Origin: Eledone cirrhosa | Taxonomy: Eukaryota | Reading direction: 5' to 3' | Length of the DNA stretch: 64,000 nucleotides | Assembly: GCA_964016885.1 (NCBI GenBank) | Contig: OZ024740.1 | Location: 341,310,001-341,374,000 of the forward strand | In this document: positions 52,641 to 64,000 of the stretch, piece by piece | Layout of the letters: the number at the start of each line of letters is the position of its first letter | Numbering within the stretch: the stretch's first letter is position 1 | Translations under genes and position numbers: made by a program | The notes under the pieces: generated by a model | What the model saw: only the letters and a program-made list of their open reading frames with translations | Database searches by the model: none | Told to the model about the DNA's origin: nothing

Positions 52641-53897
52641 ATCATCATCATCATCATCATCAACGTTTAACGTCCGTGTTCCACGCTTGCATGGGTTTGG
52701 ACGGGGGTAGTCCCACTTGAGGCAAGAGTGATTGTCTTGCTCGCATAGGACTGTCTGGCAGGTTTTCTACAGTTGGATGCCCTTCCTAACACCAACCACA
52801 TTTACAGTGTGGGTCTGGGAGGTTTTTACCGTGTTGCCTACACGGCCACATTACAGCGTGGACTGTGTGTTTTTTTGTCGTGACACCTACACGATCTCAT
52901 TTGTTTCGGCCTGGATGGCGCGGCACCAACATAACTTTACATAGAACGGGGTGGTGTGGATGGGGTGGGGGTGGTGGTGGTGGGACGGGGTGTATTTTGT
53001 TAGAGATGCCTACTGGCTGGAGTAGGTTTTACTATATATTTAGGTAAGGCGGGTCTTCTCTGTTACTGAGTACCGCCAAAGGTCTCGGTCCAGTGACATT
53101 ATCTTGGAGAGGTGTAAGTGTGTGATGTCGGAGTTTATCAGCTCGTCCCAGGTTTTTCTAGGTCTGCCTATTCCGTGACTACCGTCTATCTTTATTGCCC
53201 TGCACTTTGTTATACAGCTATCGACTTTCATGCGCATCACGTGTCCATACCAACGTAGCCTTCTCTCGAGTAAACAACATCTGATCCCTCTTATCTCTAA
53301 TTTTTTCCTTAGTTCGTTTATGCTTTGCCGTTCACGTATATTACTGTTACACATCCAGCGGAGCATGCAAGCTTCGTTCCTCTCTAGTCTGCGTATATCC
53401 TCTGCACACAATGCCCAGGTCTCACTGCCATGCAGCATTGCTGTTCGTATGCAGGCATCGTACAACCTGCCTTTCATTTTTAGTGAGAACCCTTTAGCAG
53501 CTAATAGTGGTATAAGCTCTCTGAACTTTTTCCAACCAGTTCTGACTCTAGCTACAGTACTTTCAGAGCACCCTCCCCCACTGCTGATTTTATCGCCCAG
53601 GTAACGGAAGCTGTCCACTATTTCTATAGAACCCTCTGCGCAATTGAAAGAGCTAGTAGTTTGTGGGCACTTGCTGCTACTTATTGCACCAGAGCACCGG
53701 CCACATGTAAAATCTATGTTCTTAGTTAGCTTACCTGTGATCCCACTACATCTTTTATGCACCCATACTTTGCATTTAGGACATAAAATGGAGTTTCTAC
53801 CTACGCCTTTCCTACACACCGAGCACGACCATTTCCCAGAAGGGACCGCCGCCTTGTTTTCTTTCCTACAAACTAGTACTTTGGTCTTAGCCAGGTT
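52641..53897 (-). mobile_element. RTE family B, 5'-truncated, inserted in the Penelope 3' region
   Basis: [25 protein letters not shown]; possible TSD TTAATAT at 52636 and 53896. Confidence 0.95.
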
Positions 53898-54820
53898 AAT
53901 ATAATTTAATTTAAATGTAGTTAACCTATAACTTTAATTTAATTAAAATTCTACTACAGATGAGATTAAAAAATATTGTGTAATCATAAATTGTGAAAAA
54001 CTTTAAAATATTATTAACATAATTAATATATACTTTGTAAATTAATTTATAGATTAATTTTAGTTTATTTAACCTTTTATTAAAATTCCTTTACAGATGA
54101 AATATAACAAAATATCGTGTAATCAATAACAGAGAAATATTTTTTAATATTATAAACCTAATTAATGTACAATTTAGAAATTTATTTATAAATTAATTTT
54201 AATTTAGTTAACATATAATTTTAATTTAATTAGCTTAAAATTAAAATTCTAATACAGATGGATTGCAGAATATCATGTAATCATAAACTGAGATAAACTT
54301 TTAAATATATACCTAATTAATATATTCTTTACAATTAAATATATATATATATATATTAATTTTAATTTTTGTTAACCTATAATTATATTCTACTATAGAT
54401 AAAATACAAAATCTGCTTTAATTATTATAAACCTAATTAACATATACTATAGAAATTAATATATAATTTTTAATTTAGTTAACCTATAATTTATATTCTA
54501 CTACCGATGAAATACTTGATTTGGTTTTCCCTATTACTAAATTCATTTCCTAAAATTGATACCATAATGTTAATATTTTTAATTTAGTTATGCTATAATT
54601 AATACTCTACTACTGTTTAACTTCAAAATTCCGCTTTAAATATTATAAACCTAAGTAGTATACACCTTAGAAATCAATATATTAACTATTTTTAATTTAG
54701 TTAACCTATAATTAATAGTCTACTTATATTAAAATGCATAATTTTGCCTTCTTTCTTACATTTCCTAATACTGAAACTACTATGTAAACACATATTATGA
54801 TCTAAATGCAGATTAATATT
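53898..54820 (+). repeat. Degenerate AT-rich tandem repeats derived from the 3' end of the Penelope ORF
   Basis: ATATCGTGTAATCATAAACTGAGA...TATTATAAACCTAATTAAT recurs, progressively decayed, at ~52563, 53972, 54112, 54270, 54420 and 54640. Confidence 0.7.
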
Positions 54821-55007
54821 CTATGTTCCTTGAAACCTATATTTACTATTTCCCACTAATAATTTTAATCCCCCCCCCCCCCTATAATTATTCGTATTTG
54901 TAAGCGTGGATGTATGTATGTGTATGTAAGTATGTATGTATGTTTGGGTGTTTGTATGTGAGTATAAAAATACATATGTGCACATGTAAATAAGTGTGTA
55001 TGATTGT

Positions 55008-55770
55008 ATCATCATCATCATCATCATCATCAACGTTTAACGTCCGTGTTCCACGCTTGCATGGGTTTGGACGGGGGTAGTCCCACTTGAGGAGAGAGTG
55101 ATTGTCTTGCTCGCATAGGACTGTCTGGCAGGTTTTCTACAGTTGGATGCCCTTCCTAACACCAACCACATTTACAGTGTGGGTCTGGGAGGTTTTTACC
55201 GTGTTGCCTACACGGCCACATTACAGCGTGGACTGTGTGTTTTTTTGTCGTGACACCTACACGATCTCATTTGTTTCGGCCTCGATGGCACGGTACCAAC
55301 ATAACTTTACATAGAACGGGGTGGTGTGGATGGGGTGGGGGTGGTGGTGGTGGGACGGGGTGTATTTTGTTAGAGATGCCTACTGGCTGGAGTAGGTTTT
55401 ACTATATATTTAGGTAAGGCGGGTCTTCTCTGTTACTGAGTACCGCCAAAGGTCTCGGTCCAGTGACATTGTCTTGGAGAGGTGTAAGTGTGTGATGTCG
55501 GAGTTTATCAGCTCGTCCCAGGTTTTTCTAGGTCTGCCTATTCCGTGACTACCGTCTATCTTTATTGCCCTGCACTTTGTTATACAGCTATCGACTTTCA
55601 TGCGCATCACGTGTCCATACCAACGTAGCCTTCTCTCGAGTAAACAACATCTGATCCCTCTTATCTCTAATTTTTTCCTTAGTTCGTTTATGCTTTGCCG
55701 TTCACGTATATTACTGTTACACATCCAGCGGAGCATGCAAGCTTCGTTCCTCTCTAGTCTGCGTATATCC
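55008..55770 (-). mobile_element. RTE family B, 5'-truncated
   Basis: Near-identical to ~52641-53400. Confidence 0.95.
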
Positions 55771-58700
55771 TTGCTGTATTAGCGATAAATTTTCTAGGGT
55801 TTCTCTTAGTAGTTTTTTCATGACGTTATTATTGTTAATTTTACTGATGTAGTATTAACTTGGATATTTACCATGCGGTATTCTAATCCTATTGTATCTC
55901 TCTCAGTTATTTACCATGCGACCCTCAGTTCCTACCCCCCCTCTCTATGCACTTCTTTAAGGCTTACTACCCTGTCTTTAACCTAATTCATTCAATCTGA
56001 AAATATTGAAGAGATAAGATACTTTCCCATTCTTCTCTGCTAAAATGTATCACTAGAGCTGATTCCAATTATTCCAGCCATCCATCTAATCTACGAAGGT
56101 ATTTTAGCCTACATATTGTCGTTAATATTATGATGTTCCCTGCTGTATTAGCGTTAAATTTTCCCTGCTGTATTAGCGATAAATTTTCTAGGGTTTCTCT
56201 TAGTAGTTTTTTCATGACGTTATTATTGTTAATTTTACTGATGTAGTATTAACTTGGATATTTACCATGCGGTATTCTAATCCTATTGTATCTCTCTCAG
56301 TTATTTACCATGCGACCCTCAGTTCCTACCCCCCCTCTCTATGCACTTCTTTAAGGCTTACTACCCTGTCTTTAACCTAATTCATTCAATCTGAAAATAT
56401 TGAAGAGATAAGATACTTTCCCATTCTTCTCTGCTAAAATGTATCACTAGAGCTGATTCCAATTATTCCAGCCATCCATCTAATCTACGAAGGTATTTTA
56501 GCCTACATATTGTCGTTAATATTATGATGTTCCCTGCTGTATTAGCGTTAAATTTTCCCTGCTGTATTAGCGATAAATTTTCTAGGGTTTCTCTTAGTAG
56601 TTTTTTCATGATGTTATTATTGTTAATTTTACTGATGTAGTATTAACTTGGATATTTACCATGCGGTATTCTAATCCTATTGTATCTCTCTCAGTTATTT
56701 ACCATGCGACCCTCAGTTCCTACCCCCCCCTCTCTATGCACTTCTTTAAGGCTTACTACCCTGTCTTTAACCTAATTCATTCAATCTGAAAATATTGAAG
56801 AGATAAGATACTTTCCTATTCTTCTCTGCTAAAATGTATCACTAGAGCTGATTCCAATTATTCCAGCCATCCATCTAATCTACGAAGGTATTTTAGCCTA
56901 CATATTGTCGTTAATATTATGATGTTCCCTGCTGTATTAGCGATAAATTTTCTAGGGTTTCTCTTAGTAGTTTTTTCATGACGTTATTATTGTTAATTTT
57001 ACTGATGTAGTATTAACTTGGATATTTACCATGCGGTATTCTAATCCTATTGTATCTCTCTCAGTTATTTACCATGCGACCCTCAGTTCCTACCCCCTCT
57101 CTCTATGCACTTCTTTAAGGCTTACTACCCTGTCTTTAACCTAATTCATTCAATCTGAAAATATTGAAGAGATAAGATACTTTCCCATTCTTCTCTGCTA
57201 AAATGTATCACTAGAGCTGATTCCAATTATTCCAGCCATCCATCTAATCTACGAAGGTATTTTAGCCTACATATTGTCGTTAATATTATGATGTTCCCTG
57301 CTGTATTAGCGTTAAATTTTCCCTGCTGTATTAGCGATAAATTTTCTAGGGTTTCTCTTAGTAGTTTTTTTAAACGTTATTATTGTTAATTTTACTGATG
57401 TAGTATTAACTTGGATATTTACCATGCGGTATTCTAATCCTATTGTATCTCTCTCAGTTATTTACCATGCGACCCTCAGTTCCTACCCCCCCTCTCTATG
57501 CACTTCTTTAAGGCTTACTACCCTGTCTTTAACCTAATTCATTCAATCTGAAAATATTGAAGAGATAAGATACTTTCCCATTCTTCTCTGCTAAAATGTA
57601 TCACTAGAGCTGATTCCAATTATTCCAGCCATCCATCTAATCTACGAAGGTATTTTAGCCTACATATTGTCGTTAATATTATGATGTTCCCTACTGTATT
57701 AGCGATAAATTTTCTAGGGTTTCTCTTAGTAGTTTTTTCATGACGTTATTATTGTTAATTTTACTGATGTAGTATTAACTTGGATATTTACCATGCGGTA
57801 TTCTAATCCTATTGTATCTCTCTCAGTTATTTACCATGCGACCCTCAGTTCCTACCCCCCCCTCTCTATGCACTTCTTTAAGGCTTACTACCCTGTCTTT
57901 AACCTAATTCATTCAATCTGAAAATATTGAAGAGATAAGATACTTTCCCATTCTTCTCTGCTAAAATGTATCACTAGAGCTGATTCCAATTATTCCAGCC
58001 ATCCATCTAATCTACGAAGGTATTTTAGCCTACATATTGTCGTTAATATTATGATGTTCCCTGCTGTATTAGCGTTAAATTTTCCCTGCTGTATTAGCGA
58101 TAAATTTTCTAGGGTTTCTCTTAGTAGTTTTTTCATGACGTTATTATTGTTAATTTTACTGATGTAGTATTAACTTGGATATTTACCATGCGGTATTCTA
58201 ATCCTATTGTATCTCTCTCAGTTATTTACCATGCGACCCTCAGTTCCTACCCCCCCTCTCTATGCACTTCTTTAAGGCTTACTACCCTGTCTTTAACCTA
58301 ATTCATTCAATCTGAAAATATTGAAGAGATAAGATACTTTCCCATTCTTCTCTGCTAAAATGTATCACTAGAGCTGATTCCAATTATTCCAGCCATCCAT
58401 CTAATCTACGAAGGTATTTTAGCCTACATATTGTCGTTAATATTATGATGTTCCCTGCTGTATTAGCGATAAATTTTCCCTGCTGTATTAGCGATAAATT
58501 TTCTAGGGTTTCTCTTAGTAGTTTTTTCATGACGTTATTATTGTTAATTTTACTGATGTAGTATTAACTTGGATATTTACCATGCGGTATTCTAATCCTA
58601 TTGTATCTCTCTCAGTTATTTACCATGCGACCCTCAGTTCCTACCCCCCCTCTCTATGCACTTCTTTAAGGCTTACTACCCTGTCTTTAACCTAATTCAT

Positions 58701-61700
58701 TCAATCTGAAAATATTGAAGAGATAAGATACTTTCCCATTCTTCTCTGCTAAAATGTATCACTAGAGCTGATTCCAATTATTCCAGCCATCCATCTAATC
58801 TACGAAGGTATTTTAGCCTACATATTGTCGTTAATATTATGATGTTCCCTGCTGTATTAGCGTTAAATTTTCCCTGCTGTATTAGCGATAAATTTTCTAG
58901 GGTTTCTCTTAGAAGTTTTTTCATGACGTTATTATTGTTAATTTTACTGATGTAGTATTAACTTGGATATTTACCATGCGGTATTCTAATCCTATTGTAT
59001 CTCTCTCAGTTATTTACCATGCGACCCTCAGTTCCTACCCCTCCCTCTCTATGCACTTCTTTAAGGCTTACTACCCTGTCTTTAACCTAATTCATTCAAT
59101 CTGAAAATATTGAAGAGATAAGATACTTTCCCATTCTTCTCTGCTAAAATGTATCACTAGAGCTGATTCCAATTATTCCAGCCATCCATCTAATCTACGA
59201 AGGTATTTTAGCCTACATATTGTCGTTAATATTATGATGTTCCCTGCTGTATTAGCGATAAATTTTCTAGGGTTTCTCGTAGTAGTTTTTTCATGACGTT
59301 ATTATTGTTAATTTTACTGATGTAGTATTAACTTGGATATTTACCATGCGGTATTCTAATCCTATTGTATCTCTCTCAGTTATTTACCATGCGACCCTCA
59401 GTTCCTACCCCCCCTCTCTATGCACTTCTTTAAGGCTTACTACCCTGTCTTTAACCTAATTCATTCAATCTGAAAATATTGAAGAGATAAGATACTTTCC
59501 CATTCTTCTCTGCTAAAATGTATCACTAGAGCTGATTCCAATTATTCCAGCCATCCATCTAATCTACGAAGGTATTTTAGCCTACATATTGTCGTTAATA
59601 TTATGATGTTCCCTGCTGTATTAGCGTTAAATTTTCCCTGCTGTATTAGCGATAAATTTTCTAGGGTTTCTCTTAGTAGTTTTTTCATGACGTTATTATT
59701 GTTAATTTTACTGATGTAGTATTAACTTGGATATTTACCATGCGGTATTCTAATCCTATTGTATCTCTCTCAGTTATTTACCATGCGACCCTCAGTTCCT
59801 ACCCCCCCTCTCTATGCACTTCTTTAAGGCTTACTACCCTGTCTTTAACCTAATTCATTCAATCTGAAAATATTGAAGAGATAAGATACTTTCCCATTCT
59901 TCTCTGCTAAAATGTATCACTAGAGCTGATTCCAATTATTCCAGCCATCCATCTAATCTACGAAGGTATTTTAGCCTACATATTGTCGTTAATATTATGA
60001 TGTTCCCTGCTGTATTAGCGATAAATTTTCTAGGGTTTCTCTTAGTAGTTTTTTCATGACGTTATTATTGTTAATTTTACTGATGTAGTATTAACTTGGA
60101 TATTTACCATGCGGTATTCTAATCCTATTGTATCTCTCTCAGTTATTTACCATGCGACCCTCAGTTCCTACCCCCCCTCTCTATGCACTTCTTTAAGGCT
60201 TACTACCCTGTCTTTAACCTAATTCATTCAATCTGAAAATATTGAAGAGATAAGATACTTTCCCATTCTTCTCTGCTAAAATGTATCACTAGAGCTGATT
60301 CCAATTATTCCAGCCATCCATCTAATCTACGAAGGTATTTTAGCCTACATATTGTCGTTAATATTACGGTGGATTGGCAGTATCGGTAGAGGGTCGGACG
60401 CCATGCTTTCCAGCATAGTTACGTCCCTTTACGATCTGAGTTCAAATCCCACCGAGGTTGACTTTGCCTTTCATCCTTACGGGGTCGATAAAATAAAGTA
60501 CCAGTAATGCACTGGGTAATTGCTGGCCTTGTGCCTAAAGTAGAAACAGTTAATATTATGATGTTCCCTGCTGTATTAGCGTTAAATTTTCCCTGCTGTA
60601 TTAGCGATAAATTTTCTAGGGTTTCTCTTAGTAGTTTTTTCATGACGTTATTATTGTTAATTTTACTGATGTAGTATTAACTTGGATATTTACCATGCGG
60701 TATTCTAATCCTATTGTATCTCTCTCAGTTATTTACCATGCGACCCTCAGTTCCTACCCCCCCCTCTCTATGCACTTCTTTAAGGCTTACTACCCTGTCT
60801 TTAACCTAATTCATTCAATCTGAAAATATTGAAGACATAAGATACTTTCCCATTCTTCTCTGCTAAAATGTATCACTAGAGCTGATTCCAATTATTCCAG
60901 CCATCCATCTAATCTACGAAGGTATTTTAGCCTACATATTGTCGTTAATATTATGATGTTCCCTGCTGTATTAGCGATAAATTTTCTAGGGTTTCTCTTA
61001 GTAGTTTTTTCATGACGTTATTATTGTTAATTTTACTGATGTAGTATTAACTTGGATATTTACCATGCGGTATTCTAATCCTATTGTATCTCTCTCAGTT
61101 ATTTACCATGCGACCCTCAGTTCCTACCCCCCCCCTCTCTATGCACTTCTTTAAGGCTTACTACCCTGTCTTTAACCTAATTCATTCAATCTGAAAATAT
61201 TGAAGAGATAAGATACTTTCCCATTCTTCTCTGCTAAAATGTATCACTAGAGCTGATTCCAATTATTCCAGCCATCCATCTAATCTACGAAGGTATTTTA
61301 GCCTACATATTGTCGTTAATATTATGATGTTCCCTGCTGTATTAGCGTTAAATTTTCCCTGCTGTATTAGCGATAAATTTTCTAGGGTTTCTCTTAGTAG
61401 TTTTTTCATGACGTTATTATTGTTAATTTTACTGATGTAGTATTAACTTGGATATTTACCATGCGGTATTCTAATCCTATTGTATCTCTCTCAGTTATTT
61501 ACCATGCGACCCTCAGTTCCTACCCCCCCCTCTCTATGCACTTCTTTAAGGCTTACTACCCTGTCTTTAACCTAATTCATTCAATCTGAAAATATTGAAG
61601 AGATAAGATACTTTCCCATTCTTCTCTGCTAAAATGTATCACTAGAGCTGATTCCAATTATTCCAGCCATCCATCTAATCTACGAAGGTATTTTAGCCTA

Positions 61701-62615
61701 CATATTGTCGTTAATATTATGATGTTCCCTGCTGTATTAGCGTTAAATTTTCCCTGCTGTATTAGCGATAAATTTTCTAGGGTTTCTCTTAGTAGTTTTT
61801 TCATGACGTTATTATTGTTAATTTTACTGATGTAGTATTAACTTGGATATTTACCATGCGGTATTCTAATCCTATTGTATCTCTCTCAGTTATTTACCAT
61901 GCGACCCTCAGTTCCTACCCCCCCCTCTCTATGCACTTCTTTAAGGCTTACTACCCTGTCTTTAACCTAATTCATTCAATCTGAAAATATTGAAGAGATA
62001 AGATACTTTCCCATTCTTCTCTGCTAAAATGTATCACTAGAGCTGATTCCAATTATTCCAGCCATCCATCTAATCTACGAAGGTATTTTAGCCTACATAT
62101 TGTCGTTAATATTATGATGTTCCCTGCTGTATTAGCGATAAATTTTCTAGGGTTTCTCTTAGTAGTTTTTTCATGACGTTATTATTGTTAATTTTACTGA
62201 TGTAGTATTAACTTGGATATTTACCATGCGGTATTCTAATCCTATTGTATCTCTCTCAGTTATTTACCATGCGACCCTCAGTTCCTACCCCCCCCTCTCT
62301 ATGCACTTCTTTAAGGCTTACTACCCTGTCTTTAACCTAATTCATTCAATCTGAAAATATTGAAGAGATAAGATACTTTCCCATTCTTCTCTGCTAAAAT
62401 GTATCACTAGAGCTGATTCCAATTATTCCAGCCATCCATCTAATCTACGAAGGTATTTTAGCCTACATATTGTCGTTAATATTATGATGTTCCCTGCTGT
62501 ATTAGCGATAAATTTTCTAGGGTTTCTCTTAGTAGTTTTTTCATGACGTTATTATTGTTAATTTTACTGATCTAGTATTAACTTGGATATTTACCATGCG
62601 ACTCTCAGTTCTTAC
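55771..62615. repeat. Satellite array, ~17.3 units of ~369 bp (S) or ~394 bp (L, with a 25-bp internal duplication)
   Basis: Unit starts at 55773, 56167, 56561, 56931, 57325, 57693, 58088, 58482, 58876, 59246, 59640, 60009, 60595, 60965, 61361, 61756, 62126 and 62496. Confidence 0.95.
60367..60548 (+). mobile_element. Young tRNA-derived SINE inserted in the satellite, 10-bp TSD
   Basis: TSD GTTAATATTA (60357-60366, 60549-60558); A box TGGCAGTATCGG, B box GAGTTCAAATCC, core GCCTTTCATCCTTACGGGGTCGATAAAA. Confidence 0.92.
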
Positions 62616-62858
62616 CTCACAATTTCCCTCCCCCCCCACCCCCCCCACACCACCATAGTCTATTCGACCAATCAAACCTAGCATGCCATTTCCACTGCTG
62701 CTGCTACTACCTGCCTAACTAACTCTCTCCTCCTCTGGCGCATCCCAACACACCCTGCCATTACCCCACCACCACTGTTCTTCTAGCCCTCAATTTTCCC
62801 ACCGTTATGGATGGATGAGCTGGGAATACACGAGCAACTCTGAATCAATAGATGAAAT

Positions 62859-64000
62859 ATGAATCTGCGAGCTACCAAGCACCCACGTGAAGCGCCAACC
62901 CAGAGACCCTCCCCTACGAGTGTCGACAAATGCCCAAAACTCCGAGTTGGTACCATCAATGTAGGCTCAATGAAAGGAAGAGCAGGAGAAATCGTAGAAA
63001 TGCTAGAGCGAAAGGAAGTTGATGTATGCTGTGTGCAAGAGGCTAGATGGAGAGGAGGGTCTGCTAGAGTCCTTGTAGGAAAAAGCCAGTGCTACAAATT
63101 TTTCTGGGTGGGAAATGACGATGGGATGGGTGGTGTAGGTATACTATTAGCTGACAAGTGGGTAGATAAAGTAATCTCAGTGTACAGGGTAAATGCAAGA
63201 ATCATTAAACTCAGACTAGTCCTGAATAAGACAATTACCACAATAATATCAGCTTACGCACCCCAATCGGGGCTGCCAGACGAACTTAAGGATAGGTTTT
63301 ACGAGTCCCTAATGCACACTACTGCTCTAACAGACGACAAGGACTTCCTAATCATTGCAGGAAATTTTAACGGACACGTAGGTAAACACTGCGACGGCTT
63401 CAATAGAGTACATGGAGGCCATGGAGTTGGCACAAGGAATGAGGAAGGATTCAGACTTCTAGAATTCTGCGACGCCAATGACATGTCGATATGTAACACA
63501 AACTTTAAAAAACCCGACAACCACCTGATCACCTATAGATCAGGGGAGCACTCCAGTCAGTTAGATTTTATCCTCATCAGAGGACGTGACAGATGGACGG
63601 TCGTAAACACAAAAGCCTTCCCTAGTGAGGAATGTACATCCCAACATAGCTTAGTTGTCAGCGACCTCACGGTCAGAACTAGACGAGCCCTGAAACAGAG
63701 GCCAACCTGGAGAAGAAAGATCTGGAAGCTGAAAGTCCCCTCAACCAGTAACAGATTTAAAGATATTTTACTCAACGCCTACGACAGTAAAGGAGAACAG
63801 ATAAAGACATTTAACGTAGAAGAGAACTGGGAGTTCCTAAAAAATAACTTACTAGAGGCGACGGATGAGGTTTGTGGCTGGAGTAAGACCTCAAGCAGGA
63901 GGAGAGTGACTTGGTGGTGGAACAATAAGGTAGATGAAGCAGTCAAGGCCAAGAGACAGGCATGGAAAGAATGGAAGAACGGGGGGAGCAGGGTACATTA
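62859..64000 (+). CDS. RTE LINE 5' end: endonuclease ORF running off the window
   Basis: [56 protein letters not shown]; no stop seen. Confidence 0.88.
   Translation, partial: MNLRATKHPREAPTQRPSPTSVDKCPKLRVGTINVGSMKGRAGEIVEMLERKEVDVCCVQEARWRGGSARVLVGKSQCYKFFWVGNDDGMGGVGILLADKWVDKVISVYRVNARIIKLRLVLNKTITTIISAYAPQSGLPDELKDRFYESLMHTTALTDDKDFLIIAGNFNGHVGKHCDGFNRVHGGHGVGTRNEEGFRLLEFCDANDMSICNTNFKKPDNHLITYRSGEHSSQLDFILIRGRDRWTVVNTKAFPSEECTSQHSLVVSDLTVRTRRALKQRPTWRRKIWKLKVPSTSNRFKDILLNAYDSKGEQIKTFNVEENWEFLKNNLLEATDEVCGWSKTSSRRRVTWWWNNKVDEAVKAKRQAWKEWKNGGSRVH

Noticed and set aside
62616-62858. HDV-like ribozyme at the RTE 5' end
   Set aside because: Plausible from family knowledge, but I could not build the nested double pseudoknot by eye; needs a descriptor search.

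Overview
Eukaryotic (animal) AT-rich window made almost entirely of repeats. The mix of very long compound (TA)n tracts, RTE and CR1 LINEs, tRNA-derived SINEs and Penelope-like elements suggests a mollusc, most plausibly a cephalopod (inference only). There is no intact host gene, rRNA, true tRNA or CRISPR array. Mobile elements: a decayed L1/Tx1 LINE (1-4157), a gag-deleted Gypsy element truncated before integrase (8798-11533), two Penelope-like GIY-YIG elements of probable Naiad type (11546-14672, 51909-54820), CRE-type RLE fragments, CR1 copies (one with a 1010-aa EN-RT ORF), many RTE copies, SINEs, piggyBac and hAT MITEs and a non-autonomous Helitron. A 369/394-bp satellite of about 17 units lies at 55771-62615. 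The main signal not visible in the ORF track is a dense set of type I hammerhead ribozyme (HHR) motifs: 11 well-formed or nearly well-formed copies in 4 unrelated sequence families, plus 2 degenerate candidates. They include one HHR per unit of a 470-bp tandem array and of a ~590-bp tandem repeat (retrozyme-like), HHRs in the Penelope pseudo-LTRs, and an HHR pair in a 344-bp palindrome. Two families carry the compensated U3-A8 core (UUGAnAA) instead of CUGAnGA. A possible chain of spliced exons lies on the minus strand at about 24.2-28.6 kb.
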